From the NCBI GenBank assembly GCA_002011035.2, contig MTLY02000003.1:192001-256000 (forward strand): a stretch of DNA of 64,000 nucleotides, given 5' to 3'. The notes beneath the pieces were generated by a model that was not told the DNA's origin, did not search any database, and saw only the letters and a list, made by a program, of their open reading frames with translations. This document shows, piece by piece, positions 10,962 through 20,531 of this stretch (position 1 is its first letter; every line of letters starts with the position of its first letter). This DNA comes from Candidatus Hecatella orcuttiae. GTDB taxonomy: Archaea > Thermoproteota > Bathyarchaeia > Hecatellales > Hecatellaceae. The position numbers and the translations under genes were made by a program.

Positions 10962-11885
10962 TTAGGAGGCGTTTTCTCCGCAGAGGCGGAGGATCCTCTG
11001 CCAGTTTTCGTCGACGATTCGCTGGATCTCCTCCAACAGTGGCTTGTTTTCAGGTTTGAAAAGATGCCTAAACCGGCCTTGCGCCTTTAGGTATTCACTG
11101 ACCGGTATGGGCTTGGGCACTGGGAGGTTGAGCTTGTATTTTCCTTTCTCCACTTCGTAGATGGGGAAATACCTGCTCTGAACAGCCAGCCGAGCCACCG
11201 TCACGCTCTGCGCCATGTCGCTGCGCCATCCCCGTGGGCAGGGAGCGAAGACGTGGATGACCGCAGGGCCCTCTACTTCTAGGGCTTTCCTCACCTTGGT
11301 CATGTAGTCGTTCCAATAGGCCACGGAGGCTGTGGCTGCGTACTCGATTCCATGAGCCACGCAGATGCCTATGAGGTCCTTCTTCAGCTGAAGCTTCCCC
11401 GGGATGACGGAGCCCACCGGCGTGGTGGTCGTCCAAGCGGCTTTGGGTGTGGCTCCCGACCGCTGGATCCCCGTGTTCATGTAGGCTTCGTTGTCGTAGC
11501 AGATGTAGACAAAGTCGTGGCCTCTCTCCAAGGCTCCGGAGAGCGCCTGCAGTCCGATGTCGAAGGTTCCCCCGTCGCCTGAGAAGGCGATGATGTCGGC
11601 TTTTTTGGCTTTTCCTTTTTTCTCCAACACCTTCAAGGCTGCTTCGATGCCGCTGGCCACTGCCGCTGTGTTCTCGAAAGCGGTATGAAGCCATGGAATC
11701 CTCCAAGAAGTGTAGGGGTAGATGGTGGTAGCCACCTCCAAGCAGCCTGTGGACTCGGTGACGATGGTGGGGCCTCGGGCGGCTTTAAGGGCCATCCTAG
11801 CGGCCATGGAGGCTCCGCAGCCAGCGCATAGGCGGTGGCCTGGAGCCAGCGGCTCTTCTTCAGGCAGCTCCTTCAGCTTGACCAT
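10962..11885 (-). CDS. porB: Pyruvate:ferredoxin oxidoreductase beta subunit
   Basis: GHRLCAGC, GDGGTFDIG, DNEAYMNTGIQRS. Confidence 0.93.
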   Translation of the reverse strand: MVKLKELPEEEPLAPGHRLCAGCGASMAARMALKAARGPTIVTESTGCLEVATTIYPYTSWRIPWLHTAFENTAAVASGIEAALKVLEKKGKAKKADIIAFSGDGGTFDIGLQALSGALERGHDFVYICYDNEAYMNTGIQRSGATPKAAWTTTTPVGSVIPGKLQLKKDLIGICVAHGIEYAATASVAYWNDYMTKVRKALEVEGPAVIHVFAPCPRGWRSDMAQSVTVARLAVQSRYFPIYEVEKGKYKLNLPVPKPIPVSEYLKAQGRFRHLFKPENKPLLEEIQRIVDENWQRILRLCGENAS

Positions 11886-13063
11886 TATTCCCTCACCCCC
11901 ACGAAGGCGGTGGGCAGTTCTGTGATTTCCGTTTCAGCCGTCTGCAGTGCCTTCTTTAAAACTTGCTCCAGGTCTGAAGGTGTGATATCCCGGCCTCCTA
12001 GGCCGTAAACGATGCCCCAGACCCTAGGCCTCTGCTTCGCGGCGTAGAAAACAGCCTTAACGTCGCTGCATAGGGGAGCTGAGGGGGCTCCGAAGCTCAG
12101 CGCCCTGTCCAGTACGGCGATGACCTTCAGGTGGCTGGCTTTTTTCAGCAGGTCCTCCGCGGGGAAGGGCCGGTAGAGGCGGAGCTTTATGGCTCCTACT
12201 TTTTTCCCTTCCGCCCGCATCTTATCCACGACCACCCGGGCTGTTCCCGCGGTGCTCCCTGAGCACAGAACCGCGACTTCCGCATCTTCCAAAGCATGGG
12301 TGTGGAGGGCAGCATAGGCTCTCCCAGCAAGTTCGCCGAATTCTTTCCCCACCTTCTCCACTTTGGTGGGGACGCGTTTCATGGCTTCCTCCTGCTGGAC
12401 TTTAAACTCGAAATAGTAGTCGGGAAGGCAAAGGGGACCCACGGTGGAGGGTTTTTCAGGGTCCAGTTTGAAGGCGACTTCCCTTTCCGGCAGAAAACTT
12501 CTCACCTCCTCATCCCCCAAGGTTTCCACTCCTTCCATGCAGTGGGAGACGATGAAGCCGTCTAGGTTGACGGTGATGGGCAGGAGGATTTCAGGGTCTT
12601 CGGCTATCTTGAAAGCTTGAATCACCGAGTCATAGGCCTCTTGAGCGTTTTCGGTGTAGACTTGTATCCACCCGCAATCCCGGGAGCCCATCATGTCCGA
12701 GTGGTCACCGTGGATGTTGATGGGCGCGGAAAGCGCCCTGTTGGCTACCCCCATGACAATGGGGCATCTGAGGCCTGAGGCTGCGTACATCATCTCATGC
12801 ATCAGGGCTAACCCTTGGCTGGCTGTGGCGGTGAAGACCCTAGCCCCCGTAAGGCTGGCTCCTATGCAGGCGGACATGGCTGAGTGCTCAGATTCCACGC
12901 AGATGTACTCCGTGTCCACCTCTCCGTCGGCCACATATTCGCTGAATCTTTCCACGATGACGGTTTGAGGGGTTATGGGGTAAGCGGCCAACACATCCAC
13001 GTCGCACTGCTTGGCAGCGTAGGCCACGGCCTCGTCGCCGGTTAAACCTAGGATTTTCCTCAC
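11885..13063 (-). CDS. porA: Pyruvate:ferredoxin oxidoreductase alpha subunit
   Basis: AYPITPQT, ESEHSAM, TASQGL; GTG start inferred. Confidence 0.93.
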   Translation of the reverse strand: MRKILGLTGDEAVAYAAKQCDVDVLAAYPITPQTVIVERFSEYVADGEVDTEYICVESEHSAMSACIGASLTGARVFTATASQGLALMHEMMYAASGLRCPIVMGVANRALSAPINIHGDHSDMMGSRDCGWIQVYTENAQEAYDSVIQAFKIAEDPEILLPITVNLDGFIVSHCMEGVETLGDEEVRSFLPEREVAFKLDPEKPSTVGPLCLPDYYFEFKVQQEEAMKRVPTKVEKVGKEFGELAGRAYAALHTHALEDAEVAVLCSGSTAGTARVVVDKMRAEGKKVGAIKLRLYRPFPAEDLLKKASHLKVIAVLDRALSFGAPSAPLCSDVKAVFYAAKQRPRVWGIVYGLGGRDITPSDLEQVLKKALQTAETEITELPTAFVGVRE

Positions 13064-13365
13064 CGGGCTTCCTCCTCCATTCTGATGGCCTTTACAGGAC
13101 ATTCGGTGGCGCAGATTCCGCAGCCCTTACAGTAATCGTAGTCGATTTCCACAAACTTGTCCCTCCGGATGATGGCGGGTTCCGGGCAGTAAATCCAGCA
13201 GATCAGACAGTTGGTGCACTTTTCAGTGTCCACCACCGGTTTGAAAGTCCGCCATTCTCCCGTCTTATATTCTACGGAGGAGCCGGGTTCAGGTATGATG
13301 GCGGCTGCGTGCAAGGTTTTCCACCCCGGTTTTTCTGTTTTGCCGGGTTTCCGTTTTTCACCCAT
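13060..13365 (-). CDS. porD: Pyruvate:ferredoxin oxidoreductase delta subunit
   Basis: TGEWR, two 4Fe-4S motifs, DYDYCKGCGICA. Confidence 0.93.
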   Translation of the reverse strand: MGEKRKPGKTEKPGWKTLHAAAIIPEPGSSVEYKTGEWRTFKPVVDTEKCTNCLICWIYCPEPAIIRRDKFVEIDYDYCKGCGICATECPVKAIRMEEEAR

Positions 13366-13912
13366 CCGCCCTCACTTCCTCGTAGGCTCTTCGAATGGCG
13401 GCGATGTTGCTTTCCGCGATTTTTCCGGAAAACCGCTCCCGAACAACCTGGACCACCGAATCTAAGGACACTAAGTCCGCTGCTTTAACCAAAGCTCCCA
13501 GCATGGCTGTATTGAAGATAGGCCTGCCGAGGGTGTCCAAGGCTATTCTAGTGGCGTTGACCGTGAACATCTTGACGTCCCCCCGGCCGATCTGCTTCCT
13601 GAGCTCTTGAGGGGTCACGTCCGTGTTGACAACTAAACAGCCGCCTCCCTTCAACCCTTCGGCTACGTCGATTCCTCCCATGAGGGTGGGGTCGAGGACC
13701 ACGGCTACATCGGGTTCGTAGACTTGACTGTGAACGTGAATGGGTTTCTCACTGATGCGGGTGAAACCCAGAACGGGGGCGCCGGTGCGTTCAGGGCCGA
13801 ACTCTGGGAAGGCTTGAACGTATTTGCCCTCCCGGAGGGCGGCGTAGGCAAGGAGCTGGCTCACTGTCACCACGCCTTGCCCGCCTCTTCCATGCCACCG
13901 AATTTCCTTCAT
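13358..13912 (-). CDS. porG: Pyruvate:ferredoxin oxidoreductase gamma subunit
   Basis: EIRWHGRGGQG, FGPERTGAP. Confidence 0.93.
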   Translation of the reverse strand: MKEIRWHGRGGQGVVTVSQLLAYAALREGKYVQAFPEFGPERTGAPVLGFTRISEKPIHVHSQVYEPDVAVVLDPTLMGGIDVAEGLKGGGCLVVNTDVTPQELRKQIGRGDVKMFTVNATRIALDTLGRPIFNTAMLGALVKAADLVSLDSVVQVVRERFSGKIAESNIAAIRRAYEEVRADG

Positions 13913-14153
13913 CTCAGGTTTCCCACCGAAACCTTTCAGCTATTTAACTCGCCACCCTATATATAGGTTAAAACTTGAACGCCTGCGAGAAAACTGTTTT
14001 CTACGCTTAAGATGTCAAATGGAGGTGAAGGCAGAAGCTTTAATAAAGTTAGCAGTTAACAAAAGAAACAACTGGAAACCTGCCCCCAAAGTAGGCCGGA
14101 AGCCTTTAAGCTTATATAACCAGAAGCCTTGCAAACATAGGCTGGGTTCAACC

Positions 14154-14669
14154 ATGAGGGGAGGCAACTACCGCATAGGCAGAAGCATGCCCTACGTGAA
14201 GAAGGAGTACATAGGCGGAGCTCCGCCTCCGAAAATCACCAAGTTCACCATGGGAGACACTAAGGGCAGCTTCACCCACCGGCTTCAGCTTCTCTCCCAG
14301 AGGAGGGTTCAGATAAGACACAACGCCATCGAGGCGGCAAGGGTGGCTGCCAACAAGGTTCTCTTAGACAGGCTGGGGGAAACCGGCTACCGCCTCCGAG
14401 TCCGAGTCTACCCCCACGTGGTCTTGAGGGAGAATAAGATGATGGCCTTCGCAGGAGCGGATAGGCTTCAGGAGGGAATGCGGAGGTCCTTCGGGAAACC
14501 CGCTGGGCTGGCGGCTAGAGTGGAAATAGGGCAGCCTCTGCTGGAAGTGGAAGTAAACGAAGAAGGCGTTGAAGCCGCCAAAGAGGCCCTTCGCGTAGGG
14601 GCCAGTAAGTTTCCCACTCCCTGCACTGTGGAGATAACCTCAGCTTCCCCTCAGCAGCCTTCTCGTTGA
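14154..14669 (+). CDS. rpl10e: 50S ribosomal protein L10e (uL16)
   Basis: RHNAIEAAR, RENKM...GADRLQEGMR. Confidence 0.95.
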   Translation: MRGGNYRIGRSMPYVKKEYIGGAPPPKITKFTMGDTKGSFTHRLQLLSQRRVQIRHNAIEAARVAANKVLLDRLGETGYRLRVRVYPHVVLRENKMMAFAGADRLQEGMRRSFGKPAGLAARVEIGQPLLEVEVNEEGVEAAKEALRVGASKFPTPCTVEITSASPQQPSR

Positions 14670-14748
14670 GGAGCGCGCTCAAGGGGAGTCCGTCTTTCGG
14701 CTGAAGTGAAGCGGGAGTAATCGGTTAGAGTTTTGAATGCTGGTTGCC

Positions 14749-15723
14749 ATGAGCTTTAGGATTACGGCTGAGGAAGCTGTGAAAATTATCCTGCAAAAGG
14801 GAGCTCAAAGGGTGCTCCTTCAGCTACCCGACGGCCTTAAGCCCCACGGGTTTAAACTGGCTGAGGAAATCACCCGGAGGACAGGGGCGTTGGTTTATGT
14901 TTCCGCCGACCCCTGCTATGGAGCCTGCGACACCGCTTGGGAGGAGGCGGAGAGGTTGAAGATAGACCTCCTGATCCACTACGGCCACAGCCCCATGCCC
15001 ACGGAGGGGGGAGTGGAAACGGTGTATCTGGCGGTGGAGGGGGAAGCCGACTTGGAGGCGTTGGTGGAGAAGGCTCTCCCCTTGGTGGAGGGCTACAGGA
15101 AGCTGGGTTTAACGGCTGCCGTTCAGCATGTTCAAGCCTTGGGAAGACTGAAAGAAATTCTCGCCGCCCGAGGAATAGGCGCCGAAATAGGCCCTGCAGC
15201 CGGCCGAGTAGCCTACGGTGGACAGATTTTGGGCTGCGACTACACCACGGCTCAGAAGATCCGGTCTGCGGTGGATGCTTTTCTCTACTTGGGAGGAGGC
15301 CTCTTCCATCCCTTGGGGATTTTCATCTCCACCGGGAAGCCTGTGGTGGTGTTAGACCCCTACCTAGACCGGGTGATGGAGGTTTCGAAGATGGGGGCGA
15401 AGCTCATGAAGCAAAGGCAGGCAGCTGTCGCCAAGCTTCTGGAGGCGGAGAAACTGGGGATACTGGTAGGGCTCAAGCCCGGGCAGCGAAACGTCCCGCA
15501 AGCCGAAGCCTTGAAGGAGAAACTGGAAAAGCTGGGGAAAAAGGCGGTTCTCCTCTGCGTGAGGGAAGTCACCCCCGAAGTTTTAGACAACTTCCCAGAT
15601 GTGGAGGCCTTTGTGAACACCGCTTGCCCTCGAATAGGGTTCGACGACGGCTTCCGCTTCAGAAAACCTCTGGTCACACCGGAGGAAGTCTCCAAACTGC
15701 TGAGAAACCATGGAGAAGCCTAG
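14749..15723 (+). CDS. dph2: Diphthamide biosynthesis protein Dph2
   Basis: LQLPDGLK, CYGACD, GQILGCD, ACPRI. Confidence 0.93.
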   Translation: MSFRITAEEAVKIILQKGAQRVLLQLPDGLKPHGFKLAEEITRRTGALVYVSADPCYGACDTAWEEAERLKIDLLIHYGHSPMPTEGGVETVYLAVEGEADLEALVEKALPLVEGYRKLGLTAAVQHVQALGRLKEILAARGIGAEIGPAAGRVAYGGQILGCDYTTAQKIRSAVDAFLYLGGGLFHPLGIFISTGKPVVVLDPYLDRVMEVSKMGAKLMKQRQAAVAKLLEAEKLGILVGLKPGQRNVPQAEALKEKLEKLGKKAVLLCVREVTPEVLDNFPDVEAFVNTACPRIGFDDGFRFRKPLVTPEEVSKLLRNHGEA

Positions 15724-16357
15724 GTTCTTGGTGAAAAGGAAGCAGCTGGAACGTTTCCTTTCCCAAGTTAAGCCCCACCCAGCCCCCAAACTTTCCCTGG
15801 AGCAATATACCACACCGGCTCCCTTGGCGGCTGCTCTGCTCTACACGGCAGCATACACCTTCGACGACATCGTCGGCAAAACCGTCTGCGACCTAGGCTG
15901 CGGAAGCGGAATTCTCTCCCTCGGGGCAGCCTACCTGGGGGCGGAAACCGTGGTAGCCGTGGATGTGGACAAGGCGGCGGTGGAGGCGGCGAAGGAAAAC
16001 GCGGAAAGATTCGGCTTGGAGGTTGAATGGGTGGTGGGCTCCATAGAGCTCTTGAGGGGGGCTTTTCACACAGCCTTGCAGAATCCCCCCTTCGGGGTGT
16101 GGCGGAGGGGGGCTGATGTAGGTTTTCTGAGGAAAGCTTTATCCCTAGCCTCCACGGTCTATAGCATACATAAAAGCAGTGAAAAGGCTAGGAGCTACTT
16201 GGATAGGGTGGCGAGAAGCCTAGGCGGCCGGGTTACCGCGGTTTTTGAGTCGAAGCTGACCATACCGCGTCAATTCGGCTTCCACAGAAAACCTGAATAC
16301 GAGGTTAAGGTTAACGTTTACAGAATCGTGAGGGATGAAGGACGGCAGCCTACCTGA
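15710..16357 (+). CDS. METTL5-family SAM-dependent methyltransferase
   Basis: LEQYTT, DLGCGSG, NPPFG. Confidence 0.9.
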   Translation: MEKPRFLVKRKQLERFLSQVKPHPAPKLSLEQYTTPAPLAAALLYTAAYTFDDIVGKTVCDLGCGSGILSLGAAYLGAETVVAVDVDKAAVEAAKENAERFGLEVEWVVGSIELLRGAFHTALQNPPFGVWRRGADVGFLRKALSLASTVYSIHKSSEKARSYLDRVARSLGGRVTAVFESKLTIPRQFGFHRKPEYEVKVNVYRIVRDEGRQPT

Positions 16358-16911
16358 AAAGGTCTGGAAAATTTGTAACTCCCGGCGACAAGATCGGGTC
16401 CATCGAAGAATTCAAGCCTGGGAGAGGCACCTACGAGCATCGAGGAGCCATCTACTCTCAGATCACAGGGCACATCATGGTGGATAGGGATAAAAGGGAG
16501 GTCAATGTCTTCCAGAGAACTCGAACTCCGCCGGTGCCCAGAAAAGGCAACATCGTGGTGGGAGAGGTTCAACAAGTCCAAGACAAGATGGCGACCCTCC
16601 GCCTGTTTAAGGTGGGTAGAAGCGAGCTTAAGAAGCCCTTCACCGCCATCGTCCACGTGTCCCTAGCAACCCAAGGCTTTCTGAGGTCGATCTACGACGC
16701 CTTCAAGCCGGGGGACTTAGTGCGCGCTCAGGTGGTGGGGGATGAAAACCAGCCTTTCCAGTTGACCACGGTGGGAAGAGAGTTGGGGGTCATTCAGGCT
16801 TCCTGCAGCCGATGTGGAAAGCCTTTGCTCCTCAACCGAAAACAGCTGATCTGCCCGCAGTGTAGGGCTGTGGAGAAGAGAAAAATAAGTGAAAAATACG
16901 GGGAGCTTTAG
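16354..16911 (+). CDS. csl4: Exosome complex component Csl4 (probable CTG start)
   Basis: Frame upstream of the listed ATG reads SGKFVTPGDKIGSIEEF...GTYE; S1 domain and C-terminal Zn ribbon. Confidence 0.88.
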   Translation: MKRSGKFVTPGDKIGSIEEFKPGRGTYEHRGAIYSQITGHIMVDRDKREVNVFQRTRTPPVPRKGNIVVGEVQQVQDKMATLRLFKVGRSELKKPFTAIVHVSLATQGFLRSIYDAFKPGDLVRAQVVGDENQPFQLTTVGRELGVIQASCSRCGKPLLLNRKQLICPQCRAVEKRKISEKYGEL

Positions 16912-16927
16912 CTCAGGCGAAACAGCC

Positions 16928-17227
16928 ATGAACGTGCTTATCTCTAAAAAAGGAAAGAACGAGTTGGAGTTTGAGCTTCAAGGAGAAACCCACACTCTGC
17001 TCAACCTGCTTCAGAAAACCCTCCTCAAAAATAAACGCGTCGAGTTCGCAGGGTATAGGATCCCCCACCGACTTGTGGACGCAGCTGTTTTCTACCTCAA
17101 AACCACCGGAAACCTAGAGCCGGTGGAAGCCTTGTCGGAGGCTGCTGAGGAAATCAAAAACGAAGCTGAAGAGTTTAGGAGAAAAATGGCGAAGGCCTTG
17201 GACGCCTTTGAACGGGGAAAAAGCTGA
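16928..17227 (+). CDS. rpoL: RNA polymerase subunit Rpo11 (L)
   Basis: GETHTLLNLL, VEFAGYRIPH. Confidence 0.92.
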   Translation: MNVLISKKGKNELEFELQGETHTLLNLLQKTLLKNKRVEFAGYRIPHRLVDAAVFYLKTTGNLEPVEALSEAAEEIKNEAEEFRRKMAKALDAFERGKS

Positions 17228-17231
17228 GGTT

Positions 17232-17777
17232 TCACCCCATTTCTTCGAGGACTTCCCGCGTGGACATCACCGAGGCTTTATAGAATTTTTTCAGATACTC
17301 CAACCCCGATCTATGGTCTTCTTCACTGAAGGCCTCCACCCCATCTTCTGGTATTATTATCTTGTAGCCTCGGAACATGGCGTCGGCGGCTGTGTGTTTC
17401 ACGCAGCAGTTGGTATGCAACCCCGTCAGGATGACTCTGTCCACCTTCAGCTCCCTCAGCAAAATGTCCAAGTCGGTTTCGAAGAAGCCGCTGTACCTTC
17501 TCTTTTCGATGACGAAATCTCCCTTTTGCGGTTTGAGCTCGTCGATGACCTCCGCTCCCTTGGTTCCCTTGACAGCGTGAGCGCCCCACACGTCGAACTC
17601 CGCGTCCACAGCAGGGAGGTGGGCGTCGTTGGCGTAGATGACTTTGACGCCTTTTTTCCTCGCAGCCCTTATCAGTTTCCTGATCTGCGGGATGATCCTC
17701 TGAGCCCGTGGGCATTTCAGAGCGCCCTTGACGAAGTCGTTCAACATGTCGATGACTATTAATGCTGCTTTGGCCAA
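17232..17777 (-). CDS. Isochorismatase/nicotinamidase family cysteine hydrolase
   Basis: IDMLNDF, KRRYSGF, TNCCV. Confidence 0.9.
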   Translation of the reverse strand: MAKAALIVIDMLNDFVKGALKCPRAQRIIPQIRKLIRAARKKGVKVIYANDAHLPAVDAEFDVWGAHAVKGTKGAEVIDELKPQKGDFVIEKRRYSGFFETDLDILLRELKVDRVILTGLHTNCCVKHTAADAMFRGYKIIIPEDGVEAFSEEDHRSGLEYLKKFYKASVMSTREVLEEMG

Positions 17778-17934
17778 CCTGTTTCATCCTCCTATGTTGG
17801 AGTACAGTATCGACAACATGCCTGATTTATTTTTCCCTTCAGCCGAAGCCTTTCCAGCCATGTGGGCTTGGGCTGTGTTTATGTAGGTGGAGAAACAATC
17901 AGGATTTAATCCCTAGGAGAAGCTGGGTTGAAAG

Positions 17935-18627
17935 ATGGTGGAAAGACTTTCAGCGAGTAAAGCGGTCATCACCATCAGCGGCCTTCACGGAACGGGAAAG
18001 AGCACCTACGCCGAAGCTTTATCCAAAGACCTTGGGCTGAGGCACGTCTCAGCCGGAAGACTGTTTCGGCGGCTGGCTGAAGAGAAGGGGCTGAGCCTTC
18101 GAGACTTGACCTTCCAAGCTGTGAAGAGCAGGAAGATCGACAGCCTTGTGGATGCGGAGATCAAGAAGGAGGCTGAAAAAGGGGGGGTCGTCGTCGACGG
18201 TCTTCTTTCAGCTTGGATGGCTGGGGAAAACGCTTGGGTTAAGGTCTACCTCTACGCTTCCGACGAAGCGAGGTTCAAACGTATCGCTCGAAGGGATGGA
18301 GAAACCGTGGAGCAAGCTAGAAAATCAACCTTAGAGAGAGAGCGTGTTGAAAGGGCGCGCTACAAGAAGTTTTACGGCATAGACCTTGAAGACCTAACCG
18401 TCTACGACATTGTTTTGAACACGGAGCTTTTCCCCCTCAAGTCCAGCCTTAAATTATTAAGCAGCATAATAAAGGAGTACTTGAAATTCAAGTTGAAGGA
18501 GGCGGATGGCATTGTCTCTGCTGGAAGTAGGAAGAGTATGCATCAAAAAAACCGGAAGAGAAGCGGGAAAACAATGCGTGGTAGTGGACATCATCGACAA
18601 AAACTTCGTCCTCGTAACAGGACCTAA
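17935..18627 (+). CDS. cmk: Cytidylate kinase (archaeal); C-terminal tail overlaps rpl14e
   Basis: ISGLHGTGKST P-loop, RYKKFYGID. Confidence 0.88.
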   Translation: MVERLSASKAVITISGLHGTGKSTYAEALSKDLGLRHVSAGRLFRRLAEEKGLSLRDLTFQAVKSRKIDSLVDAEIKKEAEKGGVVVDGLLSAWMAGENAWVKVYLYASDEARFKRIARRDGETVEQARKSTLERERVERARYKKFYGIDLEDLTVYDIVLNTELFPLKSSLKLLSSIIKEYLKFKLKEADGIVSAGSRKSMHQKNRKRSGKTMRGSGHHRQKLRPRNRT

Positions 18628-18853
18628 AGACCTAACAGGCGTTCGCAGAAGAAGAGCCAACATCGACCACTTAGAGCCAACGGAGCAGAAGATCCCCCTG
18701 AAAAGAGGGGCTGACGACGAAACCGTCATGAAGCTTTTGAAGAAAACCGTGGAAGAAGCAGCTCCCAAAAAGAGAAAGAAGCCCTCCAGAAAAAAGGCGA
18801 AGGCTGAAGCCCCGCCGGCCGTGGAGGCGCCTGAAGAGGCGAAGGCGGGATGA
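18506..18853 (+). CDS. rpl14e: 50S ribosomal protein L14e
   Basis: GRVCIKKTGREAG...TGVRRRRANIDHLEPT. Confidence 0.93.
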   Translation: MALSLLEVGRVCIKKTGREAGKQCVVVDIIDKNFVLVTGPKDLTGVRRRRANIDHLEPTEQKIPLKRGADDETVMKLLKKTVEEAAPKKRKKPSRKKAKAEAPPAVEAPEEAKAG

Positions 18854-19859
18854 AGCGAACCCCCCTACCTTGGGAGCCTTCTAGGGAGCTCAAAGTCAAG
18901 GATGAAGCGACAACCGACAAAAAATACGGAAAACCCCCGGAAAAGAGGGAGCTGACGGAGCATCTGCGCTTCGGCTACGTCAACCTTGACAAGCCGCCTG
19001 GGCCCTCAAGCCATGAGGTAACAGCATGGGTGAAGAGGGTTTTGGGCGTAAAGCACGCCGGCCACGGCGGGACCCTTGAGGCGGATGCCGCCGGGGAAAT
19101 CCCGGTGTCACAGGCGTGCTTCCCATCGCCTTGGAGGAGGCTACCAAAACTCTCCAAGCCGTCTTGGCTGGGGGAAAGGAATACGTCGGCGTCATGAAGC
19201 TTCACGGCGAAGTGGTCTATGAGGACGTCATCAGAGCTTTTAAGGAGTTTCTAGGGGAAATCTTCCAGAAGCCCCCCCTCAAGGCCTCGGTTAAGCGAAG
19301 AGTCCGGGTTCGAACCGTCTACTACGCCCAAGTCCTTGAAGCGGAGGGAAGAACTTTCCTTTTCCAGCTGGGATGCCAAGCTGGAACCTACGTCAGAAAG
19401 ATCGTCCACGACCTCGGGGAGGTCCTAGGCTGCGGCGCCCACATGGTGGAACTGCGGAGAATCCGGGCAGGCCCCTACACAGAGGGAGCAACCCTCACCA
19501 AGCTTCAAGACCTAGCCGACGCCTACGCGGCTTGGAAGGAAGAAGGGGACGAGAGACTCCTCAGGGAGGTCATCCAGCCTGTGGAAAGCTCAGTGGCCCT
19601 ACTTCCCAAGGTCTACGTGAAAGACTCGGCGGTGGAGGCCCTCTGCCACGGAGCCCACCTGGCGGTGCCCGGGGTCTCCAAGCTGGACTCGGGCATTACC
19701 CCCCAAAGCCTCACCGCCATCCTCACCCTCAAAGGGGAGCTGGTGGCCTTGGGCAGAGCCCAGCTTTCCACCGACCAAATAATGGAAAGCAGCCGGGGGA
19801 TAGCCTTCAAGACGGAGAGGGTCATCATGCCGCCGGGAACCTACCCCAAGGCATGGTAG
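18850..19859 (+). CDS. cbf5: H/ACA pseudouridine synthase Cbf5, interrupted by a 20-nt BHB intron
   Basis: Removing 19079-19098 restores GHGGTLDPGVTGVLP with the catalytic Asp and joins the two ORFs. Confidence 0.92.
19079..19098 (+). other. Bulge-helix-bulge intron in cbf5 pre-mRNA
   Basis: GGGA/TCCC outer helix, CCCT/GGGG central helix, TGA and AAA bulges, GGCGG/CCGCC inner hairpin. Confidence 0.88.
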
Positions 19860-19917
19860 GCTAAGAGCTGGGAAAGCTTAAAACCCTCGGAAACATCATT
19901 TCCCTTCGACTTCCCCC

Positions 19918-20029
19918 GCCGGAGTCGCCTAGCGGTATGGCGCAGGCCTGGAGCCCCCTCTGAGGCTTCTGAAGCCTGAAAGCCTGTGGGCCTTCTGGGC
20001 CCCCGGGGGTTCGAATCCCCCCTCCGGCG
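19918..20029 (+). tRNA. tRNA-Ser(GGA) with a 27-nt intron at 37/38 (19954-19980)
   Basis: GCCGGAG/CTCCGGC acceptor stem, CAGGC/GCCTG anticodon stem, long variable arm, TTCGAAT T-loop. Confidence 0.88.
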
Positions 20030-20267
20030 TCAGAATTGAGGCTGGAACTTGTTGCGGGTAAGCCGCTTAATCGCCCAGTTGAATGACCCCCTTGCGAGGG
20101 GCAGAAAAAGAGTGGGAAATGATGCTACCTTTACCCACACAGGCTTTCAGTTTGAGGCCATAAAAGTTTATTAATGCCGCGGCTGGCTTCTAACTGTGCT
20201 TGTTGACCTATCTCATAGGGCAGAGGTTACTTTTTAGAGAGCAGGCTGGGGAGAGGATTTAATATTT

Positions 20268-20525
20268 ATGTCTAAAAAAGATGAAGGAGAATTCAACATC
20301 TTCAACCACGAACTCGTCCCTAAGCATATTCTCCTCTCCAAGGAGGAAGCCCGCGAGGTCCTGGACCGCTATAAGATCATGCCCTACCAACTTCCCAAGA
20401 TTAAGGAGTCAGACCCTGTGGCTAGGGCTTTAAATGCAAAGCATGGGGACATTCTCAAAATCTTGAGGGAAGGCGGGCCGGCAGGCGCGGCGGTATACTA
20501 CAGATACGTCATCAAGGAGAGGTGA
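20268..20525 (+). CDS. rpoH: RNA polymerase subunit Rpo5 (H)
   Basis: HELVPKH, QLPKIKESDPV, YYRYV. Confidence 0.95.
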   Translation: MSKKDEGEFNIFNHELVPKHILLSKEEAREVLDRYKIMPYQLPKIKESDPVARALNAKHGDILKILREGGPAGAAVYYRYVIKER

Positions 20526-20531
20526 AGGATT

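Noticed and set aside
18506-18627. Long cmk/rpl14e overlap
   Set aside because: Most likely a non-conserved C-terminal read-through tail.
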